This document shows positions 1-10,146 of a stretch of 64,000 bases of DNA, piece by piece. Source of the DNA: an uncultured virus (IMG/VR IMGVR_UViG_3300042887_000846) (lineage: Duplodnaviria; Heunggongvirae; Uroviricota; Caudoviricetes); IMG/VR virus record IMGVR_UViG_3300042887_000846; one strand, written 5' to 3'. The notes under the pieces were generated by a model. It was not told where the DNA came from. It worked only from the letters and a program-made list of their open reading frames with translations, and did not search any database. How positions within the stretch are numbered: the stretch's first letter is position 1; each line of letters begins with the position of its first letter. Position numbers and translations under genes: made by a program.

Positions 1-1196
1 ATCTCGCATTTAGGATCGAATCCTGTCTTGAAGGGAATCACTTTTTTCTTTAACAGTTCTTGATTATAATCACAGATAGGTTTAACATTTTTGATAAACT
101 CTTTGACTTCTTCATCCGTGAAGTTTGCGATGCGCTCTACCTCTTTTAATATCTTTAACATGCGTGTGCAATTATCGAATTCATCATCATAACTTTCATT
201 GATATATGGATGAAATGTTTTGTACCCCAATGACTTTAATACTTCTAATGATTTCGGTACTGTTAAAAATATAAAAGGATGTCCTACTGCTATAGGTTTG
301 AAAATCTTTTCGCTAAGGAATCTAGACTCATTGGGGTTATCACCTTGATAGAATGTAGTCTCATTGACTACGCTGACTATAGAATTCTCGTATAGATATA
401 GGCTCTTATCCTCAAACACGGCTCTGTTATTAACTAACTCATCTGTGTCTAAGTACATAGGAGGCAGCGGCATATCTTTGTCTATGCTTTGTAATAATGC
501 TGCCATATCAGGATCTTTGTGATGTCCTTTTATCCAAGACCACATGTATTCCCAATTGCGCCCATCATCACTAGGTGCCATGCTAACATAGCCACTGTCT
601 AATAATCCTTTAGCCTTGAGCAATGCGACAAATGTAGGTCTTTGCAATCTCCATCTACGATTGAAGTTCAAATATTTCTTATCGTATCTCTTATCTGTGA
701 GTATCGTTTTCCCGTCTAATTGATAATCACAAGCCTGCCAACTGATTGAGTATTCGAACTCTAATACCCATTCTACGTTCATGTATTCTAGGTCATTTTC
801 GTCAGCATACCTTCGCACTTCTCTTTCTAGATCAGGTGCTTCATTACTGATGTATATTTTTCTAGGCGGTATTCCTGCACCTATAACCAATGCTTGATAT
901 AATGGCTCTACTATGTCTAAGAATGCTTCATGTGTATTGCAGATATAAAGATATGTTTGATCATCCGTACGTATCTTTTCAAGTATGTCTGGCGGAACTA
1001 TCGTCTCTACAGGAAATATCAAGAAAGCATTTCCTTGAAATATCTCACAATAGTAATAATCTTTGTCGTCCCATGTTCTCAGCACCCATATCAATGAATT
1101 TTCTCTATGGTCTAACTTATGCGGAGGTGCATTAACAATGTCTGTTCTTTGACTCCATAAAAATTTAAAACCCTCATTCTGATTTAATAACGCCAT
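1..1196 (-). CDS. Putative glycosyltransferase-like protein (3' end runs off window; absent from ORF track)
   Basis: Manual translation from ATG at 1196 (MALLNQNEGFKF...) is open to position 1. It contains YLNFNRRWR and VNETTFY...FLSEKIFKPIAVGHPFI...LGYKTFHPYINESYD, and the SEK motif resembles GT10/GT-B-type nucleotide-sugar-binding motifs. Confidence 0.55.
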   Translation of the reverse strand, partial: MALLNQNEGFKFLWSQRTDIVNAPPHKLDHRENSLIWVLRTWDDKDYYYCEIFQGNAFLIFPVETIVPPDILEKIRTDDQTYLYICNTHEAFLDIVEPLYQALVIGAGIPPRKIYISNEAPDLEREVRRYADENDLEYMNVEWVLEFEYSISWQACDYQLDGKTILTDKRYDKKYLNFNRRWRLQRPTFVALLKAKGLLDSGYVSMAPSDDGRNWEYMWSWIKGHHKDPDMAALLQSIDKDMPLPPMYLDTDELVNNRAVFEDKSLYLYENSIVSVVNETTFYQGDNPNESRFLSEKIFKPIAVGHPFIFLTVPKSLEVLKSLGYKTFHPYINESYDDEFDNCTRMLKILKEVERIANFTDEEVKEFIKNVKPICDYNQELLKKKVIPFKTGFDPKCE

Positions 1197-1201
1197 TATA
1201 A

Positions 1202-1936
1202 TTACTCAATGTCAATTTCAACTAGTTTTCCAGGATGATAGTCTTCTATGCAATCGATTATAGCATCTGCTAGTAATCTATTCATTTTAGGAGTCATATG
1301 ACATTCTCTGGTATCTTTAGAGAGGTCATCAGGCCATCCGTCTTTTTTACTGAGATACATCAAGCATGGACGCACCTCAGCACCATGCTTAAATCTATGA
1401 TAATAATCAATCTGATTTGGTTTGATCTTATCATATAAAGGATCCCAGTGTGTACTAGTATCGTATTTAGAGAAGCAGGGAAGGTGTATAAATTTGGTAT
1501 TAGGGTATGATCTAGACATCTCATCCACAAGCATCATCAATGCTGAAAGTTCATGATTCTTCTGATCATGATCAAATAGATACTGATAATATTTGCCTGC
1601 TGCCTCTACTGCATCCATATACTCGTCATCTTCATGATTTTTAGTAGAACTAACTACTGAATTACATATATGATATTTTTTGTGATATAACCTGCTTATC
1701 TCAGACCACGCAAAGATGACTACATCTATTTTTTCTTTATCAGGGTAATTCAAAAAATCAAAAAACATACTCCAAGGGCCAGTGCCACTGACTCCCCTGA
1801 ATTCAGGATGGCACTCAAGGGGCGCGGTGCACCAGCGATAATGTTCTCCTATCATTCCTTGATACGCTAGAGATAATTTACTATGCTTCGGCGCCAATCC
1901 TAATATAAAACTATCTCCAAAACCCACTATCTTCAT
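1202..1936 (-). CDS. SGNH/GDSL-like hydrolase or acyltransferase
   Basis: N-terminal GFGDSF (block I), GVSGTG (block II-like) and C-terminal DTRECH (His block V-like). Paralog of the adjacent gene. Confidence 0.6.
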   Translation of the reverse strand: MKIVGFGDSFILGLAPKHSKLSLAYQGMIGEHYRWCTAPLECHPEFRGVSGTGPWSMFFDFLNYPDKEKIDVVIFAWSEISRLYHKKYHICNSVVSSTKNHEDDEYMDAVEAAGKYYQYLFDHDQKNHELSALMMLVDEMSRSYPNTKFIHLPCFSKYDTSTHWDPLYDKIKPNQIDYYHRFKHGAEVRPCLMYLSKKDGWPDDLSKDTRECHMTPKMNRLLADAIIDCIEDYHPGKLVEIDIE

Positions 1937-1940
1937 TGTC

Positions 1941-2717
1941 TTACCCTATACCATTATGAAACCAGCCCAGTTCAACATCAACTATCTTGCCAGGCGCATA
2001 ATCATTTATGCATTCTTTAAGTGCTTTTCCTAACATTATATGCATGTTTTTAGATAGATGACAAGTTCTAGGATCTCTGGCAAGATCACTTGGCCATTCA
2101 TCTAACATACTTAGATACATGAGCGGCGGTCTTATCTGTACGCCGTTCTTAAACGTATGACCATAATCTAATTCATCTAATTTTTTTTCTCTATAATGAT
2201 TGTGCCAACCTACATAATACATATCTTCTATGATAGACCAACAATACATATGCACGAATTTTACGTTAGGATAATTTTTAGTCAACTCATCCGTATAGAG
2301 CATCAAGGCTCTTAAGTCATAATTATTTTTATTAGTATCGAGCAAACATCGATAATAATCTAAGGCAGCGTCCATAGTATCAATTTTATCTTGATCCCAG
2401 TTTCTTCTATCTTGTGATGCTAGACCACTATTGATCACATATTCTTTATGATATAACCTGCTGGGTTCTGACCAAGCAAATAAAACTACGTCCGGATATT
2501 CTTCGTCATCAACGGTTTCCATGTACTGTATAAAATTCATAAACATACTCCATGGGCCGGATCCTGGTACACCCATGAAATTAGGTACTGTATTATAATA
2601 TCTTGCTAGTATTCCCTCATAGCATTCTGTATAATTAGAATGATTACGAAAAAGTTTTTCTTCTTCGTTATGCGGGCTAGGCTGTATAAAACTATCTCCG
2701 AAAGCCACTAACTTCAT
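1941..2717 (-). CDS. SGNH/GDSL-like hydrolase or acyltransferase, paralog 2
   Basis: AFGDSF, GVPGSG, DPRTCH. Start probably at 2717 (MKLVAFGDSF), overlapping the upstream stop as ATGA. Shares GPWSMF, FAWSE-SRLYHK and RP-LMYLS with 1202..1936. Confidence 0.6.
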   Translation of the reverse strand: MKLVAFGDSFIQPSPHNEEEKLFRNHSNYTECYEGILARYYNTVPNFMGVPGSGPWSMFMNFIQYMETVDDEEYPDVVLFAWSEPSRLYHKEYVINSGLASQDRRNWDQDKIDTMDAALDYYRCLLDTNKNNYDLRALMLYTDELTKNYPNVKFVHMYCWSIIEDMYYVGWHNHYREKKLDELDYGHTFKNGVQIRPPLMYLSMLDEWPSDLARDPRTCHLSKNMHIMLGKALKECINDYAPGKIVDVELGWFHNGIG

Positions 2718-3973
2718 TCGAACACCCAAAATTCCTTCATATATGGTAAGTAGTCAAAGATGTTTCTGTCTCTGTACTTATCCAATGGCTCTACGAAATT
2801 CTTCATGCGCTTCCAATGAGCCATTCTGAGTTTTTCATCTACTTTAGCATTGATGACATTCGTTCTGATATTTTCAATAGCAGGTAGATATTTGCTTTCT
2901 AAGTCAACAGTCTTCAAATATTCTTGTAATTCGTCAAGCATCACAGCAGTCTTTTCTTTCAATCCTTTTGGTGCATATGCTGGATTAAAATAACTAGGGT
3001 TGTTCACACATTGCACATGGGGTAATGCTTTGAGTATTCCAGAACCCTCGTCTGCTACTTGAGTCTCCCACCACTTCACTAATTCATCGAACGTGCATAG
3101 ATTCAATGAAGTGATAGTGTGGCTAAGACCTATATGGTAATTACCTTTCTCTTTAGCAATCTTCTTTAATTGCTCTAACTGATTAGTTACTTTCTTCCAC
3201 GTAAAAGGATAGCGTATATATTCATTAACTTTACCTACACCATCTATGCTGATAGTAATATGCTTAGTGCTAAACTGATTCCATATCTCAAGCATTTCAT
3301 CACTGATACCTGTGAGGTTGGTGACAAATCCTAATGTTATATCTTTGCTTCGACCTTGATCTATCAGTCGTTTTAGCATGAACATCACAGCATCATTGAT
3401 TGTAGGCTCTCCGCCTGCGAACTGTATCGCTTTTAAGTTAGTCAACTGATCTAGTATCGGTGCAATATTCTCTTCGCTGAACCAATTCAAGTTAGCGTGG
3501 TTCCAAGCATATCCCGTGATATCTTGTTGTTCTTTAGCCCATAGTGAACTAGCAGAACTGTTGCACATCAAACATGCTGAGTTGCATTTATTTCCCGTTG
3601 TAACATCTAATAGAAATATGTTACTGAAATCTGTAATCTCTGCTGTAGGAGTGCGCCAGGACTTACCTGTGCGTTGTTCTACTTCACTCAATGTGTGATT
3701 GAAAATCTGTCTTGTGCTTGCTTGCCCAACATCTTCTCGTATCTTACATAGGTTACAGATAGGATTCCATTTGTTGTCAAGCATGTCTTGACGTAACTTG
3801 ACCATCTCTTTGTTATTGAACCATGTAGGAAGATAGTTCTTGTAGTCTGCTAATTGATGGTTAGTTTCTTTCCAGAAATAAGTATCTACCGCACAGCATG
3901 GGCGGCTACCGCCGTGTGGGCCGAAACTTATAGAATTAAATGCTAGTGAACAATATAAATCTTTTTCAGGCAT
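2714..3973 (-). CDS. Radical SAM protein with N-terminal SPASM/twitch-like Cys domain
   Basis: CNSACLMC (CxxxCxxC), GGEP, SIDG; N-terminal C...RPCC...CNLC. Confidence 0.9.
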   Translation of the reverse strand: MPEKDLYCSLAFNSISFGPHGGSRPCCAVDTYFWKETNHQLADYKNYLPTWFNNKEMVKLRQDMLDNKWNPICNLCKIREDVGQASTRQIFNHTLSEVEQRTGKSWRTPTAEITDFSNIFLLDVTTGNKCNSACLMCNSSASSLWAKEQQDITGYAWNHANLNWFSEENIAPILDQLTNLKAIQFAGGEPTINDAVMFMLKRLIDQGRSKDITLGFVTNLTGISDEMLEIWNQFSTKHITISIDGVGKVNEYIRYPFTWKKVTNQLEQLKKIAKEKGNYHIGLSHTITSLNLCTFDELVKWWETQVADEGSGILKALPHVQCVNNPSYFNPAYAPKGLKEKTAVMLDELQEYLKTVDLESKYLPAIENIRTNVINAKVDEKLRMAHWKRMKNFVEPLDKYRDRNIFDYLPYMKEFWVFE

Positions 3974-4952
3974 TTTGCTCCGCCGGTGCTCGTTTAGTTA
4001 TGATGATGTCAGTACCACAAGTGCATTGCATCTTTTTGCATGTTATTGGTTTAGACATGAGTTCTATCTCTTCGTAAATATTACCCAACACAGGACCTTG
4101 ACCACAACTTGCAGCAGTGGTATGACCTTTACTATTGATAAACAATGACTCGTCTACGTTACACTCCCAGCCGCTAAAGAAATTCCTGCGCTCTGCTACG
4201 ATACGATTACCATTCAATGACTGTTCATTTCCTGATTCATAGACTTCTTTACTTGCACACATCCACTTACTACCGTCTGGCTTGTGTATCTTGATCTGTG
4301 ATTCAAACGTGTGTGTTTTGAAAAACTCATACATCCATTCTTCACTGTACTTCCACGGCCCTACATCAACACTAATATCGTCAAATAACGGTACCCATTC
4401 TACATTATAATTCTGTAGTGTAGCCTTTACTTTCTCACCGAAATCAACAACCTCTTGGAAGCGATCTTCTTGCATCATCATGCGGCTACAAAGATAGTTT
4501 ACTTTATTTTGTAAAAATACAAGGTTCTCAAGATAGCGTTCGCGATTCGCGAAATCAATATGAAAACTAGCCACGACATCATGAAACAAATGATAGTGTG
4601 TCTTCCACCATTCAGTACTACGGCTTAAATTAGTATTGATACCAATATGAGGATCATCGATGCGAATCTTAAGCCAATTGATCAATGGTATCAGATGCGG
4701 CCATACTGTTGGTTCTCCGCCGCTGAAGTAAAATTTATATCCCTTAGTACCCTTTGACTCAAAGTGACGTATGATCTTATCTAGATTCTCTTTGATCTTT
4801 TCAAAGTCTTCTGGCTTGTCTCGTTTGGGATTCATGCCGGCCCAGTTGCCAGGATTGCAATACTTGCACTTATAATTACAGAAATCATTCACCTGCCATG
4901 TGATGTTCACATAGGGATGAAACATGGGTTCAATTGCTATTAGTTTATCCAT
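3966..4952 (-). CDS. Radical SAM protein with C-terminal Cys-rich (twitch-like) domain
   Basis: CNYKCKYC, SGGEPT; C-terminal WEC...ASC...TCKKMQCTC. Confidence 0.9.
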   Translation of the reverse strand: MDKLIAIEPMFHPYVNITWQVNDFCNYKCKYCNPGNWAGMNPKRDKPEDFEKIKENLDKIIRHFESKGTKGYKFYFSGGEPTVWPHLIPLINWLKIRIDDPHIGINTNLSRSTEWWKTHYHLFHDVVASFHIDFANRERYLENLVFLQNKVNYLCSRMMMQEDRFQEVVDFGEKVKATLQNYNVEWVPLFDDISVDVGPWKYSEEWMYEFFKTHTFESQIKIHKPDGSKWMCASKEVYESGNEQSLNGNRIVAERRNFFSGWECNVDESLFINSKGHTTAASCGQGPVLGNIYEEIELMSKPITCKKMQCTCGTDIIITKRAPAEQNA

Positions 4953-6312
4953 TTTTTGAAGCCCTAAAAGAGTCTAGGAATTTTCTATATGAGATATACT
5001 GTCTTGCCATGTGTTCGTCATAAGGTACATTGCTGATGCTATCGCATAATGCATCAATCGTAGCAGAACCTATAGTAAAGAAATTACTTCCGCTTTCATA
5101 CTTCAATGCTTCTGAACGTATCTTAGGTATGGCGGTGATTCTTTCATGCGCAGGTATCACGCTTAATCCAAGATAAGGAGGATGAGTCAATGTGATAGGC
5201 CACCAATCTATGCGCTTGCAATTCACAAATGCTACGTCTCCTAGCAATGCCCATATCTCTGTGATATATTGATAGTTCAATGCTTGCAATACAGTATATG
5301 TCACTACTCTCCAATTAGGGCGTGTGCTTGCCATCTGTACGACCTTGTAAACGTTTTCTTTTACGTTTTCCCATTCAGTTCCATATCTGATATATTCTGC
5401 TACAGGGCCTACGCCATCGATACTCATCTGAATTTCTACGTTCTCAAACTTGCTCAACGCTTCATAGAACTTGGGGTTCCATGTAGTCATGTTGCTAGTG
5501 AATTCGATACGACAATCTGTGTTTCCTGCTTCGATCAACTCTTCCAACATTCGATAGTTGGCTTTGATCAATGTAGGCTCACCACCAGTGGTGTATAGGC
5601 GACGTAGTTTAGGAGCCATCTTTTTGAAGTTGTTATAAAATGTTTCTGTTTCATACCATTCTTTAACGTCGGCTTGATCTACGTTGTCTGTTTCTTCTTG
5701 CCAACGATTATGTAGCCAGCCTAGATTATTCTTCAATAATAATCCTGAACTTAACATCTCTTTGCGTTCTTCTTGAATCAATGAACTGCTCATGCCCCAA
5801 CATGTGACGCATTTCAAATTACATTGATTACCCAATCTTAATTCTAGACTTAAAGGAAGTATATCTGTGCTTGACATCAACTCCTCATTTGATACATTGA
5901 TCAGATAGTCGCTTAATTCGCTATCTTTTTTCTTTCTCTCAGTCCATAGTAGATTCTGACCCTTTCTAGGGCTGTGACCGGATACTTTTTCAATGTTATA
6001 GCAGTCACCGCACTCCATAGCGCCGTTGTTCTGTCTATGCAAATTTCTGACATTTTGCATGTAGAAACTATTCCAAATCTCTTCGATATCATCATATCCT
6101 AGATTGAAGGGTCTGCCGCCATCTCTATGCACAAAGTGATCCATAGCGATAGAACAGCATAACTTGACGTTGCCATTGGGATTCGTGTTAAGATTCAACC
6201 ACGGTAATATGCAGAACCTACGTAGGTTCTGAGTAAGCCAGTCGATTCTAAACTCACTGCTTACGTCTTCTGGTACTTTTGGTACTGCGTAGATGACATG
6301 ATTTATGTCCAT
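4945..6312 (-). CDS. Radical SAM protein with N-terminal SPASM/twitch-like domain
   Basis: CNLKCVTC, TGGEPT, SIDG, EYIRYG; N-terminal FCILPW...LCC...CGDC. Confidence 0.9.
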   Translation of the reverse strand: MDINHVIYAVPKVPEDVSSEFRIDWLTQNLRRFCILPWLNLNTNPNGNVKLCCSIAMDHFVHRDGGRPFNLGYDDIEEIWNSFYMQNVRNLHRQNNGAMECGDCYNIEKVSGHSPRKGQNLLWTERKKKDSELSDYLINVSNEELMSSTDILPLSLELRLGNQCNLKCVTCWGMSSSLIQEERKEMLSSGLLLKNNLGWLHNRWQEETDNVDQADVKEWYETETFYNNFKKMAPKLRRLYTTGGEPTLIKANYRMLEELIEAGNTDCRIEFTSNMTTWNPKFYEALSKFENVEIQMSIDGVGPVAEYIRYGTEWENVKENVYKVVQMASTRPNWRVVTYTVLQALNYQYITEIWALLGDVAFVNCKRIDWWPITLTHPPYLGLSVIPAHERITAIPKIRSEALKYESGSNFFTIGSATIDALCDSISNVPYDEHMARQYISYRKFLDSFRASKNG

Positions 6313-7514
6313 AATGGCTTCAACTCCGGAAAAATATCTAGTAAAGATTCATCTCTTAAGATGTCTATCTTAGTTATCACATTTTTAAATTCAGGTATTA
6401 AATCTATGTGATTCGCGCTATCCATATAGTCAACTATACCCTTTACTGCGTGTATAGTCTGTGGTTGCGCACTATTATCTTCTAACCATTTTATGTAACG
6501 GTCATATAATTCATGCACTTCTCGTTTTTGTTCAGGTGTAAGCATAGTGATGCTAAAGTATCTTGGATGTGTTAATATATTGACACGAATATTGTCGATA
6601 TTCAACAATTCTTGTTCCACCCATGTTCTATGAAAATCAAACAAACTATGTACGCTGAACACGCTAACAGTCGGAGTGATCTCAAAATATACGTCAGGGC
6701 AACTCTCGATCATCTGTCTGCGGTTCTTAACGATGCGATCCCAATCTGTACCACTGCGAGAATACTCTGCTCTGTCACCATACGTATCTAAACTTGCTGC
6801 CACCCTCACATCCTTGAACATCTTCCAATAATCTAATATAGATTTGTCTTTCAACTTTAATGCGCTAAAGTTAGTGGTGTAGCGTAATCTTACATCTGTT
6901 CTACCCTTCTCTAGCCAATAGTCAAGTACTTGGTAGTGCTGTGGTGTTATCAGTGCTTCACCGCCCGCAAAGTAAACTTCTTCTACATAGTTCAAATGCG
7001 GCAATAAGTCATCCATGAAGAATGGGTTGTTCTTCAAGTCAATAAACTTTGACTTAGGGTAGTCTGGATGCATCTTTACTTGATCTTCATACCAACTACT
7101 GCTTAGTTCTGGTCCGCACGTCCTGCATTTCATATTACACAAATTGCTGAAACGTATATCCATGTAATACATCTTGTAATCATCGATGGACCCGTCTTCG
7201 TTTGTCTTATCAAACAGATCCATATGCTTCTCGAAACTAACTAAACTGTTCTTACGTAATGTCCAACTATCTGCGCTCGTCTCTAGTTCATAACAGCGTG
7301 TACATGCTTTGGGCTTTTCACCGTTCAACATCTGTCTACGCAACTCGTTGAACTTATCATTATTGATTAGTTTATTGATGTTCTCTTTGTATACGTTGCC
7401 GAACACTTCATTGCTATCGCTCATGCAACAGGGAAAAGTGTTGCCGTTAGGCCATATATGCATGTGTATCCACGGCATCAAGCATACAACATCTTTATCT
7501 ATAGGTTTTCTCAT
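6303..7514 (-). CDS. Radical SAM protein with N-terminal SPASM/twitch-like domain
   Basis: CNMKCRTC, AGGEA; N-terminal VCLMPW...PCC...CTRC. Confidence 0.9.
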   Translation of the reverse strand: MRKPIDKDVVCLMPWIHMHIWPNGNTFPCCMSDSNEVFGNVYKENINKLINNDKFNELRRQMLNGEKPKACTRCYELETSADSWTLRKNSLVSFEKHMDLFDKTNEDGSIDDYKMYYMDIRFSNLCNMKCRTCGPELSSSWYEDQVKMHPDYPKSKFIDLKNNPFFMDDLLPHLNYVEEVYFAGGEALITPQHYQVLDYWLEKGRTDVRLRYTTNFSALKLKDKSILDYWKMFKDVRVAASLDTYGDRAEYSRSGTDWDRIVKNRRQMIESCPDVYFEITPTVSVFSVHSLFDFHRTWVEQELLNIDNIRVNILTHPRYFSITMLTPEQKREVHELYDRYIKWLEDNSAQPQTIHAVKGIVDYMDSANHIDLIPEFKNVITKIDILRDESLLDIFPELKPLWT

Positions 7515-8746
7515 TCCATCAACTCTGCTAATTCTGGAAATACGTCAGCGAACTTTTCTTCACGTATATTGTCTAATCTATTCGTCTCTTCTTGAAATTC
7601 TTTTTTATGCTGATCCCAGGTGTTTTCTGCTAATACCCATTTTTTAGCATCGACTAATGTTTGCATATGCTCTCTTTTAAAACCCATATCATTCATTCTT
7701 CTTATCACGCTTTCAAGGCCTTCTATGCCTTGTAATTTCAAATGCACGGGTAAGGCTAATGCGGCAATATGTACCGGGCTGATCATGTTATATATGTAGT
7801 TCACGCTATCTGTGGGTTCATACAATTTGTTATCCAACAAGTAATGATAAAACTCACCGAACGTAGTGAAATTAAAAATACTCAATACACTATTGATCTG
7901 CATAGTTATATAGGGTACGCTTTTAACTCTTCTAAAATTTTGTTCTATCTGTTCCCATACAGTACCTGATCGTATGTATTCTGCTCTTTTTCCAAAATCA
8001 TCTATGCTTGCATAGACTTCTATCTTTTTATCAAAGTGTCTCCATAAATCAAGTAGGTCTTTATCTTTGTATTTTAGATTACTGAGGTTAGTATTGTATC
8101 TAAGTCTGATGTCTGTCCTACCCAACTTGATCATCTCTTCAAGCATTATATAATGCTCTTCTGTGATCAATGGCTCTCCGCCAGCAAAATAAGCCATGTC
8201 GATATGCTGTACGTGTGTCAATATATCATCAACATATTTGCTACGATTCTCTTTTTGTATAGTGATCAGGGATCTTCCTTGTTTAGCATCTTCATTCTCC
8301 CATTGACTGCTATAATGACTGTTACATGTACGACATTTCATGTTACATATATTATTCAATCGTAGATCAAAATAGCGCATCTTGAACTGACCCAATTCAC
8401 CTGTGATGTCAGTGGCAGACAATACCTCATCTGTGTATTTTCCAAACATCTCGTTGATGTTCTGTCTAAAACTATAAATGCCTTGCTCTTCATGTCTATG
8501 ACATGCGCTACATATAGGGTTCTTGGTACCCTCTAGCATGTCTCTTCTTAAATCATTCATGGCTTCGCTATTGACTAGTTCCATCAATGACATCTGATTA
8601 GCATTACCTACTGGATGAATCTGATTACCTATACAACAAGGTGTCGCTACACCCGTAGGGGTGACATGCATACTGATCCACGGCAGCATACAAAAACTTT
8701 TGTTTGTAGTTAATAGTTCTTGTTTTTGTTCAGTAGTTAGATTCAT
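7511..8746 (-). CDS. Radical SAM protein with N-terminal SPASM/twitch-like domain
   Basis: CNMKCRTC, AGGEP; N-terminal FCMLPW...PCC...CSAC. Closest paralog of 6303..7514. Confidence 0.9.
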   Translation of the reverse strand: MNLTTEQKQELLTTNKSFCMLPWISMHVTPTGVATPCCIGNQIHPVGNANQMSLMELVNSEAMNDLRRDMLEGTKNPICSACHRHEEQGIYSFRQNINEMFGKYTDEVLSATDITGELGQFKMRYFDLRLNNICNMKCRTCNSHYSSQWENEDAKQGRSLITIQKENRSKYVDDILTHVQHIDMAYFAGGEPLITEEHYIMLEEMIKLGRTDIRLRYNTNLSNLKYKDKDLLDLWRHFDKKIEVYASIDDFGKRAEYIRSGTVWEQIEQNFRRVKSVPYITMQINSVLSIFNFTTFGEFYHYLLDNKLYEPTDSVNYIYNMISPVHIAALALPVHLKLQGIEGLESVIRRMNDMGFKREHMQTLVDAKKWVLAENTWDQHKKEFQEETNRLDNIREEKFADVFPELAELME

Positions 8747-10146
8747 GGTAATGGATTGAGCCTATTTGTTTCTTGACACAATCTGTAGAAATTCATCATT
8801 TCAGGAAATACATCAAGCATATTTGTGTCTCTACGTTCGTCTAGTTCATTGAACCAGTTATAAAAATCTCTGCGACCTTCAATCAATTTTTCTTCGCTAT
8901 AGTAAGTCTCACGCATGTAATCTACTACACGTTTGAACTTTTCATATTCGATTGAACTAAATTTCTTGCTGGACTTGTCGTCTACGTTTTCTTCCATGAA
9001 CTTTAAAGATTCCTCCATGTACGGCATGAACTCATCTTTAGGGAGTATGTTCATATCGTACTGGAGGGGTTCGCGTAGATAAGGAGTATCAAATCTAACA
9101 CGATGTTGGGGATTGACTGGATCATCATACCAGTCATACATACCGCGCCATTCTAACAACTTTTCAAGCAATGATTTAAATGTAGTCACGCTAAAAATGT
9201 TGAATGTGATCATGAAAGTAACAGGGCTATTGGTCAATGTGAGATAGGTGTGTAGGTTTTTCTCCCACAATCCTATGTCCATTCCCGTTCTGATATATTC
9301 GGCTCTATTGCCCCATGTATCAATGCTTGAGAATAACTTGAAACTGCGTATCTTATTTTCATCGCATAATTTCCTTACAGAACTTGCTAGTTTCTCAACT
9401 AAAGCAGTCTTAGTTCCAAGGTTGCTATTAACATTTAACTCAAGCCATGGTGCTGGATCTTTGTCCAGTTCTTCAATGACTCGGTATGTACTACGGTGCA
9501 TTGTTGGTTCGCCGCCCGTGATACGCATGATCGTTAATGTCTTACGTAGTTCGGGCCACCATTTCCAGAACGCATCAACATAGGGATTTTCTTCTTCACG
9601 CTGATATAACTTCATCCAATCGATATCACAACGGTGATTCTTTACTGAAGTCACAGGGCCATTTTGCTTGATCTCGTTATAGAAACTTGTGCTGTACTTA
9701 GGATGACAGTAACCGCACTTGAAATTACAGTCATTACCGAAATTGATTTCTAGATATTCTGGATTGATGTTTTGCTCATGGCTACCTTTAGCACATTGTT
9801 CAAAACGTTCTTCAGTGTGTATACTGGCATTTCTGATATGTCTATCACTCACATAATCAGGACCCATGTCTTCTACGTTCCAGCAATATTGACAGCCTTC
9901 AGGTCTTTTACCCTCAAGCATCATCTTACGCTCTAGTTTTTTCTCTTTTGTGTTATGTAGTGCGCTAGGATTGTCTACAAGTTCTTCTAATGGAATCTTG
10001 TGAGGTCTAGGGTGATAGCAACTATGTGTCTCGCCTGATTGTAGGTACATTGTGACATGATGCCACTTTGCTAAACAGAATGTAGGAGTCGCTTCATTTT
10101 CTACTACGATCTTTATCTGTTTTATTCTGTCTATTTCGTAACTCAT
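8743..10146 (-). CDS. Radical SAM protein with N-terminal Cys/His domain
   Basis: CNFKCGYC, TGGEPT, EYIR; N-terminal FCLAKW...SCYH...CQYC. Confidence 0.9.
   Translation of the reverse strand: MSYEIDRIKQIKIVVENEATPTFCLAKWHHVTMYLQSGETHSCYHPRPHKIPLEELVDNPSALHNTKEKKLERKMMLEGKRPEGCQYCWNVEDMGPDYVSDRHIRNASIHTEERFEQCAKGSHEQNINPEYLEINFGNDCNFKCGYCHPKYSTSFYNEIKQNGPVTSVKNHRCDIDWMKLYQREEENPYVDAFWKWWPELRKTLTIMRITGGEPTMHRSTYRVIEELDKDPAPWLELNVNSNLGTKTALVEKLASSVRKLCDENKIRSFKLFSSIDTWGNRAEYIRTGMDIGLWEKNLHTYLTLTNSPVTFMITFNIFSVTTFKSLLEKLLEWRGMYDWYDDPVNPQHRVRFDTPYLREPLQYDMNILPKDEFMPYMEESLKFMEENVDDKSSKKFSSIEYEKFKRVVDYMRETYYSEEKLIEGRRDFYNWFNELDERRDTNMLDVFPEMMNFYRLCQETNRLNPLP

Noticed and set aside
890..1135. 81-aa plus-strand ORF
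   Set aside because: Antisense to the longer minus-strand CDS 1..1196 that continues the operon.
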